NCBI GenBank assembly: GCA_020724845.1
Contig: DYGE01000005.1
Location: 6,116 to 70,115, forward strand
Reading direction: 5' to 3'
Source: Candidatus Paceibacter sp.
GTDB taxonomy: Bacteria; Patescibacteriota; Minisyncoccia; UBA6257; 02-FULL-45-10c
DNA length: 64,000 nucleotides
Of the stretch, positions 9,352 to 19,485 are shown piece by piece; position 1 is the first letter of the stretch, and every line of letters starts with the position of its first letter. The notes beneath the pieces were generated by a model. It was not told the DNA's origin. It saw only the letters and a program-made list of their open reading frames with translations, and did not search any database. Both the position numbers and the translations under genes were made by a program.

Positions 9352-12300
9352 ATGAAAAAATTTGTTCATCTTCATACTCACTCGCACTATTCCCTGCTGG
9401 ACGGCTTAGGGAAAATAGACGCGCTAGTTGAAAGAGCGAAGGAGCTGGGGATGGACGCATTGGCAATAACTGATCACGGCAACCTCTACGGCGCCGTAGA
9501 GTTTTATAAAAAAGCCAAAAAGGCGGGCATCAAACCAATTCTCGGAATTGAAGCATACGTGGCGCCCGGCGACCACAAGCAAAAACAATCCAATACCGGG
9601 GTAAAATATTATCACCTAATACTTCTCGCTAAAAACGAAACCGGCTGGAAAAATCTAATCAAATTGGTGACCACCTCCCATCTAGAGGGATTCTATTACA
9701 AACCGAGAATCGACAAAGAACTTCTAAAAAAACATCATGACGGCCTGATCGCCCTTTCCGCTTGCATCACCGGAGAAATACCGAAATTAATTTTGGAAAA
9801 CAAATCAGAGGAAGCTAAGCGGACAGCGCTGGAATATCAGGACATCTTCGGAAAAGGCAATTTCTATCTGGAAATTGGAGAGCATCCTTACATCAAGCCA
9901 ACCTTAAAAGCTAATGAAGGGTTAAAGAAGATTTCCGCGGAAACCGGAATACCTCTGGTTGCCACCCAAGACATCCACTACGTAAAGCCGGATGACGCGG
10001 AATATCATGACATTCTTCTGGCCGTACAAACCGGCAACCGCCTAACCGACGAAGACCGCTTAACGCTCAAAGACGATAACTTTTCCATGCGATCGCCGGA
10101 AGAAATGGCGGAACTATTCAAAGACGCGCCGGAAGCGCTGGAAAACACCGTTAAAATAGCCGATGCCTGCAATCTAGACCTGGAGCTCGGGAAAATTCAG
10201 CTGCCGAGATTTGACCTTCCTGATGGCGAAAACGCCAATTCTTACCTCAAAAAACTGATCGCTGAACGAGTCACTCATCGCTATCCCGAAGTGACCGAAG
10301 AAGTGAAAAAAAGAATCAATTATGAACTCGGAGTTATTGAGAAAACCGGCTTCGCGGATTATTTTTTGATCGTCCAAGATTTCATAAACTGGGCTAAAGA
10401 CCACGGCATTGTTGTAGGCCCAGGCAGAGGCTCGGCGGCCGGCAGCATTATCTCTTACATCCTTAACATTACCGACTTAGACCCGCTGGAATACAATCTT
10501 CTTTTTGAGAGATTTTTAAATCCGGACAGAATCCAAATGCCGGATATTGACGTTGATTTTGCCGACACCCGCCGAGATGAGGTATTTGGATACTTGGAGG
10601 AAAAATACGGTAAAGATAAAGTGGCTCACATTATAACTTTCGGAACCATGGCGGCTAGAGCGGCTATCCGAGACGCCGGCAGGGCAATGGGTTTGAGTTA
10701 TGGATTCTGCGACCGCATCGCGAAACTAATACCCTTCAACGCAAAGCTGGATGAGGCTATCAATAATGTCCAAGAACTAAAAGATTTGTACCGCAACGAC
10801 GCCGACGCTAAAAGAGTTTTGGACGCCGCTAAAAATTTGGAAGGAGTGGTCAGGCACGCATCCGTGCATGCTTGCGGAACGGTTATCGCCAAAGAGCCGC
10901 TGACTAATTACATGCCGATTCAGTACGCGCCACAGGATGACAACACTATCATCACCCAATTTGAGATGCACAGCGTAGAGGCCTTGGGGCTTTTAAAGAT
11001 GGATCTTTTGGGCCTAAAGAACCTTACCATCATTGAAAACGCCCTGCGGCTCATAGAAGAAAATAACGATATCAAAATAGACATCGGGAAAATCCCGCTG
11101 AATGATCAAAAAACCTTTGAGCTTTTGCAGTCAGCCGATACCACCGGCGTATTCCAGTTGGAATCCAGCGGCATGAGACGATACCTCAAAGAGCTGAAAC
11201 CCTCCGAACTTGAGGACATCATTGCCATGGTCTCTCTATACCGGCCAGGGCCGATGGAACTTATCCCCCAGTACATCAGGAGAAAATTCGGCAACGAGCG
11301 GATTACCTATTTGCATCCGAAACTGGAACCTATCCTGAAGAAAACCTATGGGGTCGCTATCTACCAAGAGCAGCTCATGCAGATTGCCAGAGACCTGGCC
11401 GGCTTTACACTCTCCGAAGCGGATATCCTAAGAAAAGCAGTGGGCAAAAAGATAAAATCATTATTGGAAGAACAATCCAAGAAAATGATAGACGGCATGA
11501 TCGGCAATGGAATCTCCCAGAGGATCGCTGAACAGATTTGGCATTGGTTTGAGCCATTCGCCCGCTACGGGTTCAATCGCAGCCATGCCGCGTGTTACGC
11601 AATGATTGCTTATCGAACCGCTTACCTGCGCGCCCATTATCCGGTGGAATTTTATACCAGCTTGTTTAACGCTGATGCCGGAGACGTAGAAAGGATCGCC
11701 TTTCTCATTGGCGAAGCTAAAAAGGCCGGAATTGAAGTGTTCCCTCCGGATATTAATAAGAGCTTGGCGGATTTTGCCCCGGAAGAAAAAGGGGTGCGCT
11801 TCGGCCTGTTGGCAATAAAAAATGTCGGCAAGAACATAGTGGATGCCTTAGTTCAAGAACGGCGGCAGGGCGGACCGTATAAAAATCTAGTAGACTTAAT
11901 TCAAAGAGTCGGACACAAAGATCTCAACAAGAAATCACTCGAAAGCCTGCTGAAATGCGGGGCGCTGGACTCCTTGGGATTGGAAAGAAACTCCGGCTTA
12001 TTCAATATTGATGAGATTCTTAAATTTTCCAGTTCGCTTAGAAAGGCCAAATCGACTAACCAAGCTTCACTCTTCGGAGGAGCAACTGTAAGCGCGGGCG
12101 CCCTTAGATTAAAACCCTGCGAACCGGCTTCTCCGCAGGAAAGGCTCCAATGGGAAAAGGAACTGCTGGGACTATACGTGTCCGATCATCCGCTTAACCA
12201 GCACAAAGAAAAAATTAGCAAGCTGGGCACTCAAGCGATCAAATCCCTGCTCATTAAGCAAGAAGATTCGCAATACAGACAGAGATCCAAAATAGCCGGA

Positions 12301-12522
12301 ATAGTTTCCAAAGTCCATAAAATCAACACTAAACTCGGCCAGCCGATGGTTTTCGCAACCGTTGAAGATCTAAATGACTCTATGGAGGTAATAGTTTTTT
12401 CCAACACATTGGAAAAAACCATGCCATTCTGGGAAGAAAATAAAGTGGTGATGGTATCCGGGAAAATGTCCTGGCGAAACGGGGAACCCAAGCTGATTTG
12501 CGACAGCGTAAAAGAGATTTAA
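9352..12522 (+). CDS. dnaE: DNA polymerase III alpha subunit
   Basis: PHP motif FVHLHTHSHYSLLDG, GPGRGSAAGS, MPDIDVDF, GLLKMDLLGL, YGFNRSHA, C-terminal OB fold. Confidence 0.98.
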   Translation: MKKFVHLHTHSHYSLLDGLGKIDALVERAKELGMDALAITDHGNLYGAVEFYKKAKKAGIKPILGIEAYVAPGDHKQKQSNTGVKYYHLILLAKNETGWKNLIKLVTTSHLEGFYYKPRIDKELLKKHHDGLIALSACITGEIPKLILENKSEEAKRTALEYQDIFGKGNFYLEIGEHPYIKPTLKANEGLKKISAETGIPLVATQDIHYVKPDDAEYHDILLAVQTGNRLTDEDRLTLKDDNFSMRSPEEMAELFKDAPEALENTVKIADACNLDLELGKIQLPRFDLPDGENANSYLKKLIAERVTHRYPEVTEEVKKRINYELGVIEKTGFADYFLIVQDFINWAKDHGIVVGPGRGSAAGSIISYILNITDLDPLEYNLLFERFLNPDRIQMPDIDVDFADTRRDEVFGYLEEKYGKDKVAHIITFGTMAARAAIRDAGRAMGLSYGFCDRIAKLIPFNAKLDEAINNVQELKDLYRNDADAKRVLDAAKNLEGVVRHASVHACGTVIAKEPLTNYMPIQYAPQDDNTIITQFEMHSVEALGLLKMDLLGLKNLTIIENALRLIEENNDIKIDIGKIPLNDQKTFELLQSADTTGVFQLESSGMRRYLKELKPSELEDIIAMVSLYRPGPMELIPQYIRRKFGNERITYLHPKLEPILKKTYGVAIYQEQLMQIARDLAGFTLSEADILRKAVGKKIKSLLEEQSKKMIDGMIGNGISQRIAEQIWHWFEPFARYGFNRSHAACYAMIAYRTAYLRAHYPVEFYTSLFNADAGDVERIAFLIGEAKKAGIEVFPPDINKSLADFAPEEKGVRFGLLAIKNVGKNIVDALVQERRQGGPYKNLVDLIQRVGHKDLNKKSLESLLKCGALDSLGLERNSGLFNIDEILKFSSSLRKAKSTNQASLFGGATVSAGALRLKPCEPASPQERLQWEKELLGLYVSDHPLNQHKEKISKLGTQAIKSLLIKQEDSQYRQRSKIAGIVSKVHKINTKLGQPMVFATVEDLNDSMEVIVFSNTLEKTMPFWEENKVVMVSGKMSWRNGEPKLICDSVKEI

Positions 12523-12525
12523 AAG

Positions 12526-12548
12526 AAAAAGCCCCTAGGGGCTTTTTA
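12526..12548. terminator. Bidirectional terminator
   Basis: aaaaagcccc-ta-ggggcttttt between convergent genes. Confidence 0.65.
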
Positions 12549-12552
12549 AGTT

Positions 12553-12942
12553 TTATGATGTCCATATGAAAGATTTGGCCGCGTTTACTGCTGATTCAAA
12601 GTCCTTCTCTAACTTCCCATGCCTTAGAGCGTACGCCGGCGCCTTGCCGTCCAAAAAGCTATTCGTGCCCATCAGCCAAGCATAAACTGACGCGGATCGA
12701 TAATAGCTGGAAAGCAACTTGACGACGTGATAAGCGGTCCGCAGACGCGCTTCCCGCAACTCGTCCGGACCGCCCGAGCCAATAGACCAAGCATCCAGCT
12801 TATTAATATCCTTTTTCTTCAGGCCAGCCATGTAAGCAACCAATTTTTCTTCCAATTCCCTTTTTAAATAACAGATAACGGCGGCGATGTCTTTGCCCCT
12901 GGCTTCCGCGGCAATCTCCTCAATTTCTTCTTCAGAAAGCAT
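12553..12942 (-). CDS. Xre/MbcA/ParS-like antitoxin-domain protein (paralog 2)
   Basis: RLRTAYHVVKLL...VYAWLMGTNSFLDGKAPAYALR...AA resembles the MbcA/ParS C-terminal domain. Start moved to ATG 12942 (MLSEEE), matching the upstream paralog. Confidence 0.6.
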   Translation of the reverse strand: MLSEEEIEEIAAEARGKDIAAVICYLKRELEEKLVAYMAGLKKKDINKLDAWSIGSGGPDELREARLRTAYHVVKLLSSYYRSASVYAWLMGTNSFLDGKAPAYALRHGKLEKDFESAVNAAKSFIWTS

Positions 12943-12943
12943 T

Positions 12944-13336
12944 TTACGCTCCCTGCCCATTAAAATTGAGCGCCGCCCCGACAACCTCTCTAAGATCCTT
13001 TTCTTCTGCGTGGTCTGCCAACCATGTAATTATCACCTTATCGCCAAGATGAGAATTTGAACTCCAAAATGCCGAAACAACTATGCTGGCGCCATAGTCA
13101 CCTTCCAGGATTTTTGCCGCAAAATAACCATAGCGGAGACGGAGCTCTTCCGTCTTAGACGGCTTAAGCGAACCATGAGCCCATTCATCAACAGACTGAG
13201 TTTCGCTCTTGCCGCTCAAAACCGCTATCATCCTGGCGCTCCCCAGCAAGCTCCTAAGCTCGTTAACAATCTTCCAGATCGGCTCAGAATTAAGGGCTTT
13301 TTGTTCCAGCTTTTTCAGCTCTTCAGCGCTCAACAT
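12944..13336 (-). CDS. Xre/MbcA/ParS-like HTH antitoxin-domain protein (paralog 1)
   Basis: LRSLLGSARMIAVLSG...SVDEWAHG..P...LRLRYGY...SNSHLGD; HTH-like N-half; aligns by eye with the downstream ORF. Confidence 0.55.
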   Translation of the reverse strand: MLSAEELKKLEQKALNSEPIWKIVNELRSLLGSARMIAVLSGKSETQSVDEWAHGSLKPSKTEELRLRYGYFAAKILEGDYGASIVVSAFWSSNSHLGDKVIITWLADHAEEKDLREVVGAALNFNGQGA

Positions 13337-13396
13337 CTTCGTCCTCTTCCGAATATTCCCAGGTTAGATTATCAGAAATCCCGCTAATCTACAAGA

Positions 13397-13425
13397 TTGA
13401 GATATCAGAATAAATAAATTATAAT
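13397..13425 (+). promoter_or_regulatory. Sigma70-type promoter of thrS, likely leaderless
   Basis: TTGAGA-17 nt-TATAAT, ending 7 nt before the ATG at 13433. Confidence 0.7.
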
Positions 13426-13432
13426 CAACTAC

Positions 13433-15184
13433 ATGGCAAAGAAGGCCAATATAGACAATGAAAATCTAGACGCGGTCCGCCACTCGCTGGCCCACTTGTT
13501 AGCCGCGGCAGTGCTTAAAAAATATCCTAAAACCAAACTAGGGATAGGGCCGACAATTGAAAACGGCTTTTATTATGATTTTCAATTTCCACAGCCTATC
13601 AGCGAATTAGAACTGAAAGATTTTGAAAAAGAAATGCGCCGGCTTATAAACCAAAAACTGGATTTTAAAGGCGAGAAGCTTACTCCCGCAAAAGCTAAAA
13701 AGATGTTCCGGGGCCAGCCATTCAAGCAAGAGTTAATCAAAGAATTCACTAAAGAGAAGAAAAAACTTACCGCCTATCATACCGGGGATATTTTCACAGA
13801 CCTATGCAGGGGCGGACACGTGAAAAATACCAAAGAAATAAATCCGGAGGCGTTCAAGCTCACCCACTTGGCTGGAGCATACTGGAGAGGCAGCGAGAAA
13901 AATCCGATGCTAACCAGAATCTATGGCCTAGCTTTCCGCGCCAAGAAAGAATTAGATGACCATTTAAAAATACTGGAAGAAGCCAAAAAAAGAGATCATC
14001 GCGTATTGGGCGAACGTCTGAAAATATTCGCTTTCAGCGATCAGGTGGGCCCCGGGTTCCCCCTTTGGCTGCCTAATGGGGAATTTATAAAACATCAGCT
14101 TCAAGAATACATGCGAGAAAAAGAAGAGGCTCAAGGATATCAGTATGTTAGCACTCCAGTACTAACCCAGGAGAACCTTTATCAAAGAAGCGGCCATAAG
14201 CAGTACTTCGCCGAAGATATGTACAAGTTTGAGGATCCTGACGGAGTAGAAATGTACGTGAAGCCAATGAACTGCCCGCACACGCACATGATTTATGAAA
14301 AGCTCGTTCAAAGTTACCGCGATCTGCCTCTCCGGCTAGCAGAGCCAGGCACTATTTATAGGTTTGAACGTTCCGGAACTTTAACCGGGTTAATTAGAGT
14401 CAGAGGGGCTATAACCCAAAACGACGCCCACATCTACGTAACTCCGGAACAGTTGGCAAGAGAATTTCAGAAAGTATTGGAGCTCTTTAAAGAAGTATAC
14501 TCCGAGCTTGGCATTAAGGATTACTGGTTCCGATTGTCCCTGCCGGATTTCAAAAATAAAAAAAATAAATTCGGCGGAAATCTTAAGATGTGGAAATGGG
14601 CTTCCGAGCAAATCAGAAGGTCTCTGGAAAAAAGCGGTATGAAATTTGAAGAAGCCGTCGGAGAAGCGGCGTTCTACGGGCCGAAGCTAGACGTGCAAGC
14701 CAAGAATGTGCTCGGCAAAGAAGATACTATCGCCACTGCCCAGGTAGATATTTTAGTTCCGGAAAGAATGGGGCTCGCATACATCAACGAAGAAGGCCAG
14801 AAGGAAACGCCGATCGTGATTCATCGGGCAATTATGGGTTCTTATGAGCGGTTTATTGCTTTCTTGCTGGAACAAACCGCGGGCAACCTGCCGCTTTGGC
14901 TGTCGCCGGTTCAGATTGTAATTCTGCCGATCTCTGAAAAACAAAATTCCTACGCCGAAGAAGTAGCAAAGGAGTTAAAAGACAACGGTTTCCGAGTAAG
15001 GGTAAATATGGATAACTCTACGGTGGGAAAAAGAATCCGAGAGTCGGAAATGCAAAAAATACCTTTCATCCTGGTAGTGGGCGAAAACGAAAAAGCCAGC
15101 AAGACGGTCAGTGTTCGCCAGAGAGAAAAGGGCAACCTGGGAGAAATGATGCTGGAGAAATTTATGGATAACTTGAATTCCTAA
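13433..15184 (+). CDS. thrS: Threonyl-tRNA synthetase
   Basis: RHSLAHLLA, DLCRGGHV, RDHRVLG, KPMNCP, AFYGPKLD, IHRAIMGS, anticodon-binding domain. Confidence 0.98.
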   Translation: MAKKANIDNENLDAVRHSLAHLLAAAVLKKYPKTKLGIGPTIENGFYYDFQFPQPISELELKDFEKEMRRLINQKLDFKGEKLTPAKAKKMFRGQPFKQELIKEFTKEKKKLTAYHTGDIFTDLCRGGHVKNTKEINPEAFKLTHLAGAYWRGSEKNPMLTRIYGLAFRAKKELDDHLKILEEAKKRDHRVLGERLKIFAFSDQVGPGFPLWLPNGEFIKHQLQEYMREKEEAQGYQYVSTPVLTQENLYQRSGHKQYFAEDMYKFEDPDGVEMYVKPMNCPHTHMIYEKLVQSYRDLPLRLAEPGTIYRFERSGTLTGLIRVRGAITQNDAHIYVTPEQLAREFQKVLELFKEVYSELGIKDYWFRLSLPDFKNKKNKFGGNLKMWKWASEQIRRSLEKSGMKFEEAVGEAAFYGPKLDVQAKNVLGKEDTIATAQVDILVPERMGLAYINEEGQKETPIVIHRAIMGSYERFIAFLLEQTAGNLPLWLSPVQIVILPISEKQNSYAEEVAKELKDNGFRVRVNMDNSTVGKRIRESEMQKIPFILVVGENEKASKTVSVRQREKGNLGEMMLEKFMDNLNS

Positions 15185-15186
15185 AC

Positions 15187-15221
15187 AAAAAAAGCGGCTC
15201 CTTTGGGTGGCCGCTTTTTTG
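15187..15221. terminator. Bidirectional terminator after thrS
   Basis: aaaaaaagcggc...gccgctttttt. Confidence 0.65.
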
Positions 15222-15524
15222 TTAGAGCTGAACGTTTTCCAAATCTTCCTTTTCCTGGCCCGCCTTAGCAGCGGCATCTCTTTCTTCCTGGGTAGTGCCC
15301 TCTTCCAGGGCTCTCTCCAAACTTTCTCTGGCTTTCCTGCTTTCTTGCTCCCTGAAATATGCCTCGCCGCGGCGCTTAAGTTCTTCTTTTTCCTCTTGCG
15401 CCTTTCTATTTCTTGCCGCCGCTTCTTCTGCCTCTTTCATAGCTTTTTTAGCAGCTTCTTTCGCGAGCGCCTGCTCTTCCGGAGTAGCTTCCGGCTGCGT
15501 TGGATTTTCGAATTTGAATCTCAT
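15222..15524 (-). CDS. Hypothetical E/K/A-rich helical protein
   Basis: 100-aa ORF with TATAAT 6 nt upstream and a terminator downstream; starts MRFKFENP. Confidence 0.7.
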   Translation of the reverse strand: MRFKFENPTQPEATPEEQALAKEAAKKAMKEAEEAAARNRKAQEEKEELKRRGEAYFREQESRKARESLERALEEGTTQEERDAAAKAGQEKEDLENVQL

Positions 15525-15539
15525 GGCTTGATTATATAA

Positions 15540-17024
15540 TTAAGATAGCATTTTGTCAAGGAGAGTCCTTAAAACCGCCGGATTTCCCCGCCCTTTCAAT
15601 TCTTTCATAGCTTGCCCGACAAGAAATTGGATCGCGGAGCTCTTGCCGTTTTTGTAATCTTCCACAGCCTTAGGATTTGCCCCTATAACTTTCAGGACCA
15701 CTCCGCTTAACTCCCCTTCTTCAGAAACCTGCCCCAATCCTTCGTTTTCCACCAGAGTTCTCGGATCCACTCCAGATTCAAGAATCTTGACTAGCAAGTC
15801 TTTGGCTGTTCGGCTAGATATTTCTTTTTTAGAAATCATATCAATCAAGTCCGCAAAATTTTCCGGCGTAAGCTTCAAATTTGAAAAATTTAATTCTTTT
15901 TCCCTGACTAATCCCTTAAGGTCGCTGTTTAAGTAGTTAAAAAGCAATTGCAACTTGTCGGCAGGCGCGGATTCTTGATCATCAGCTTCCATTTCTGAAA
16001 CCGCCTCCTCAAAATACTCCGCCTCTTTTCTGTCTTCAACTAAAATATTCGCCTGGTCATCCGTAAGCTGAAACTGTTTCTTAAAGCGCTCCCTCTTTTC
16101 ATTAGGCAATTCCGGCACTTCTAACTTTAAAGCATCAAGATCAAAAGCGGAGCTGTCTAAAGGAGGCAAATCCGGCTCCGGGAAGTACCTGTAATCGTGG
16201 GCCTCCTCCTTAGAACGCTGGGAGGTAGTTTTCTTTTTTGCGTCATCCCAACCGCGAGTTTCCTGTTTGATATCTTTTCCATCATCCAATAGAGCAGCCT
16301 GCCTCTCAACCTCGTAATTAATGGCTTCCTCAATCGCCCTGAAAGAGTTCAGATTCTTAATTTCCACTTTTGTACCCAGCTTTCCATCTTCCATGCTCAA
16401 ACTGATATTGGCATCGCCTCTCATCTGGCCTTTTTCCAGATCAGCATCAGCCACCCCCAAATATCGCAAAATCAGCTGAAGCTCCTTGGCAAACGCCACC
16501 GCTTCCTTGACGCTATGCATATCGGGTTCCGTAACCAGCTCCATCAAAGGCAATCCGCCGCGGTTAAAGTCAACAAGCGTAGACTTCCCGTCCGGCGAGT
16601 GTACGAGCTTGCCCGCGTCCTCCTCCAAATGGACGCGATTCAATTTCACTATTTTTTTACTGCCTAACCCTTCAATAGAACTCTGGGCAAGACGCGCGGA
16701 AATATCTATAACGCCGCCCTGAACTATCGGAAGATCATATTGGGAAATCTGATAACCCTTCGGGAGGTCCGGGTAAAAGTAATTCTTTCTATCAAATTTA
16801 AAACTGTCATTGATTTTCCCTCCTACAGCCATGCCGATTTTAATCATCGCTTCTACTGCTTTTTTATTGATGACAGGAAGCGTTCCCGGGTGACCAAGGC
16901 AAATCGGGCAGACGTTGGTATTTGGATGCTTTTCTTCCGTATTATTCGGACAATCACAAAACATCTTCGTCACGGTTTTCAGCTCCGCGTGAATTTCTAA
17001 TCCAATTGTAGGTTTGTATTTCAT
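15540..17024 (-). CDS. gatB: Asp/Glu-tRNA amidotransferase subunit B
   Basis: IGLEIHAEL, FDRKNYFYPDLPKGYQISQ, HLEEDAGK, YRYFPEPDLP. Confidence 0.98.
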   Translation of the reverse strand: MKYKPTIGLEIHAELKTVTKMFCDCPNNTEEKHPNTNVCPICLGHPGTLPVINKKAVEAMIKIGMAVGGKINDSFKFDRKNYFYPDLPKGYQISQYDLPIVQGGVIDISARLAQSSIEGLGSKKIVKLNRVHLEEDAGKLVHSPDGKSTLVDFNRGGLPLMELVTEPDMHSVKEAVAFAKELQLILRYLGVADADLEKGQMRGDANISLSMEDGKLGTKVEIKNLNSFRAIEEAINYEVERQAALLDDGKDIKQETRGWDDAKKKTTSQRSKEEAHDYRYFPEPDLPPLDSSAFDLDALKLEVPELPNEKRERFKKQFQLTDDQANILVEDRKEAEYFEEAVSEMEADDQESAPADKLQLLFNYLNSDLKGLVREKELNFSNLKLTPENFADLIDMISKKEISSRTAKDLLVKILESGVDPRTLVENEGLGQVSEEGELSGVVLKVIGANPKAVEDYKNGKSSAIQFLVGQAMKELKGRGNPAVLRTLLDKMLS

Positions 17025-17025
17025 A

Positions 17026-17098
17026 TTTAGACCGTAGGCAGTAGCCCGCAGTCCGTAGCAATTTTTTCTACACGCTACGTACTACGATCTACGAACTA
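17026..17098. repeat. 7-nt-period GTAG/CTAC hairpin, copy 1
   Basis: cgtaggcagtagcccgcagtccgtag ... ctacacgctacgtactacgatctacg; left arm nearly identical to 34552-34584. Confidence 0.85.
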
Positions 17099-18400
17099 TT
17101 TGGTGAATTCTAAAAGGTAATCTTTGATTTTATCCGCCTTCTTGTGAAGTTGGTCCCGATATTCGGGGAAAGCGCAAACTCGCAGCATATGGTGAGAACG
17201 CCCATATTCCACCATGGCCGCGAAATGGCTGGGGTAAAAATCGCTCAGCTTAACAATTTTCCCCTCTCTGCCGTAAACTTTCACGTCTTCCGGCACAAAT
17301 CGATGATGCGACATTGGCGGCACTACCACTATCTCGGATTCCGGGATGTCAGCTTCTTTAGCGATACCCCTCTCTAATTCGGCCAGTTTTTCCAGGGTAG
17401 AAATCGCGCCGCCGGACATGAAGCTATCCAAGACGGATTCTGACAGGCCAATCACCTGCAGAGCCTTATCTTCCCGGCGCTCATCCATCTTCACAAACTG
17501 CTCGTACTTTATCTCAATGGCTGTTTTCGGGAAATTCCCGGCCCGCAACCGGCTATTATACTTCTGAATCAGAGGATTTTGAGAAATTTCAAATCTCCCC
17601 AAAAGGCCGAAATCGGTCAATTTCCAAATGTCATGCACCGACATTCCGTCTTTGACCAGCTCATAAGCCATGTGCTGAATCAAACGCTGAATAATGGCGG
17701 ATTTTTTTCTCAAATAAACATGCTTGGACATCTTGATGTAAAAATCCTGAATCGCTTTAGCTTGGTCTATCACCTTCTCGTCCACCACCACCTGATTGTC
17801 TATAAAATAGATATAGCGGGATAAGTAAGCCACTCCGGGAACTTCCTGAATAGTATAAAATGCGTCTCGGGAGAGATAATCAAACTTTTCCATTCCCAGA
17901 TTTTTGTCGTGAATCGCGAGATAAAGCTTGTCTTCGTGCCTAAAGAACTTAAGTAAAGCTTCAAAATCCACCCCCACCTTTTCAATCGGCTCCCGCAAGT
18001 TGCTAACGATTTCAATAGCCATCGCGTCATCGGCTCGTAACCCGGATTTGCCGGCATCCGGCAGGAGATCAAACAACGGCTCGACGGTGTGCGAAAAAGG
18101 GCCATGCCCTATGTCATGATAAAGAGCATAAGCGGTCGCAAGCTTAGCCTGCTCTTTGGTAATCATGCCGCTTTCCGCCCAGCGCCTAACTAAATTCTTA
18201 GTCCTCTGGAAAGCGCCAAGACAATGCTGTTTGCGGGTGTGGGTAGCGGACGGGAAAAGCAGAAAAGCCAGCCCAAGCTGGTATTTATAAGCCAAGGATT
18301 GAAACTGCTCCACATCAATCATCGGAAGAAATTTGCTGATATCGATCAAACCGAGAATCGGATCGGAGACAATTTTCTGTTCAGGTAATTTAGCGGCCAT
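17096..18400 (-). CDS. HD-domain phosphohydrolase of the SAMHD1/YwfO dNTPase-like group
   Basis: DPILGLI, Q...HTRKQHCLG, YHDIGHGPFSH, EKFDYLSRD; directly downstream of tmk. Confidence 0.8.
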   Translation of the reverse strand: MAAKLPEQKIVSDPILGLIDISKFLPMIDVEQFQSLAYKYQLGLAFLLFPSATHTRKQHCLGAFQRTKNLVRRWAESGMITKEQAKLATAYALYHDIGHGPFSHTVEPLFDLLPDAGKSGLRADDAMAIEIVSNLREPIEKVGVDFEALLKFFRHEDKLYLAIHDKNLGMEKFDYLSRDAFYTIQEVPGVAYLSRYIYFIDNQVVVDEKVIDQAKAIQDFYIKMSKHVYLRKKSAIIQRLIQHMAYELVKDGMSVHDIWKLTDFGLLGRFEISQNPLIQKYNSRLRAGNFPKTAIEIKYEQFVKMDERREDKALQVIGLSESVLDSFMSGGAISTLEKLAELERGIAKEADIPESEIVVVPPMSHHRFVPEDVKVYGREGKIVKLSDFYPSHFAAMVEYGRSHHMLRVCAFPEYRDQLHKKADKIKDYLLEFTK

Positions 18401-18492
18401 TTACTTAAATTTAACATAAATTTAAAGAAAATAAAGCAAAAAACCGCCCTAGGGGAAATATAAAAAATACTGCCCTTAAGCGGTTTATAAAA

Positions 18493-19176
18493 TTACAGCC
18501 GACGCCTCACAACTTTCCAAACTTTCTCATGAATCTCCTCTCGACTAAGCAACTTTCCGTCTTTTACGCACTCAATTACAACAAAATGCTTCGGATCCAT
18601 CCTGGCCATCTCCAGATACACTGCTTCCGCGTGCTTGAGATGATTCAAATCATTCTCGTGGATATCGCGCTTTTTGCCCTTGAGATATTTCCGCTTCTCT
18701 TTCTGATCAACCAGCTGCTGCGCGATTTCAGCAGGCACGTGCAAAATGATACAGAAGTCGGCGCGCGGAATTCCAAGAATATCATACTCAAATTCCTGAA
18801 CCCAATTGTAAAACTTCTTTCTTGCCGCCTTACTTCTGATTTTTCCGCCCTGATGCCCCCTATTAGACTCTTCGTATCGGTTAGACACCACAATCTTTCC
18901 TTCCTTAAGGCATTTTATGATAAAAGGCGAAATATCAAATCTATCCACTCCATAAAACACAGACGCCTTGTAGGGTCCGACCTCGTCAGCCGAACCATAT
19001 TTTCCATTTAAATATTCTCTGACTAAATAGGAAGATGGTTTATTGTATTGCGGGAAATCAAAGGTAGTAGTTCGGCGACCTTCTTTCTTAAGGCGAGAAA
19101 CTAAGAGTTTAAATTGGGTTCCCTTGCCAGATCCATCGGTACCCTCAATGACTATAAATTTGCCACGCTTTTCCAT
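18493..19176 (-). CDS. tmk: Thymidylate kinase
   Basis: FIVIEGTDGSGKGTQ P-loop, FPQY, DRF, NRY. Confidence 0.9.
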   Translation of the reverse strand: MEKRGKFIVIEGTDGSGKGTQFKLLVSRLKKEGRRTTTFDFPQYNKPSSYLVREYLNGKYGSADEVGPYKASVFYGVDRFDISPFIIKCLKEGKIVVSNRYEESNRGHQGGKIRSKAARKKFYNWVQEFEYDILGIPRADFCIILHVPAEIAQQLVDQKEKRKYLKGKKRDIHENDLNHLKHAEAVYLEMARMDPKHFVVIECVKDGKLLSREEIHEKVWKVVRRRL

Positions 19177-19216
19177 ATTCTCATGTTAATCAAAAAGACC
19201 GCTGCCTTAAAGTATA

Positions 19217-19485
19217 GCAGACCAGGATACGAACTCAAATCAATTTAGCGGAGACAATTTTAGCTATATTCAAGGCGCGATGAGCGCGGTGTGGCAATAG
19301 CCACATAAGCGAAATCGCAACGAAGAAGATAGTTAAAATTGGCCCGCCCCTTGGGAAGCTTAAAAACCGGCCATCTTCTTTGTCGCTCCTCCTTGAAGTG
19401 CCTATTGGCACTCCTTCGTCGTCGCTTCTCGAATCTGCCTACTTTTTAAGCTTCTAAATTTGATTTAGTTCGTATTCTGGTCTGC
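19217..19485. mobile_element. MITE-like palindromic element (~270 bp) in the loop of the rplK terminator
   Basis: Terminal inverted repeats gcagaccag(g/a)atacgaact (18/19 match); two internal arms with AATA/TATT-loop hairpins; outer stem aaagaccgct/agcggtcttt at 19194-19203 and 19494-19503. Confidence 0.6.
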
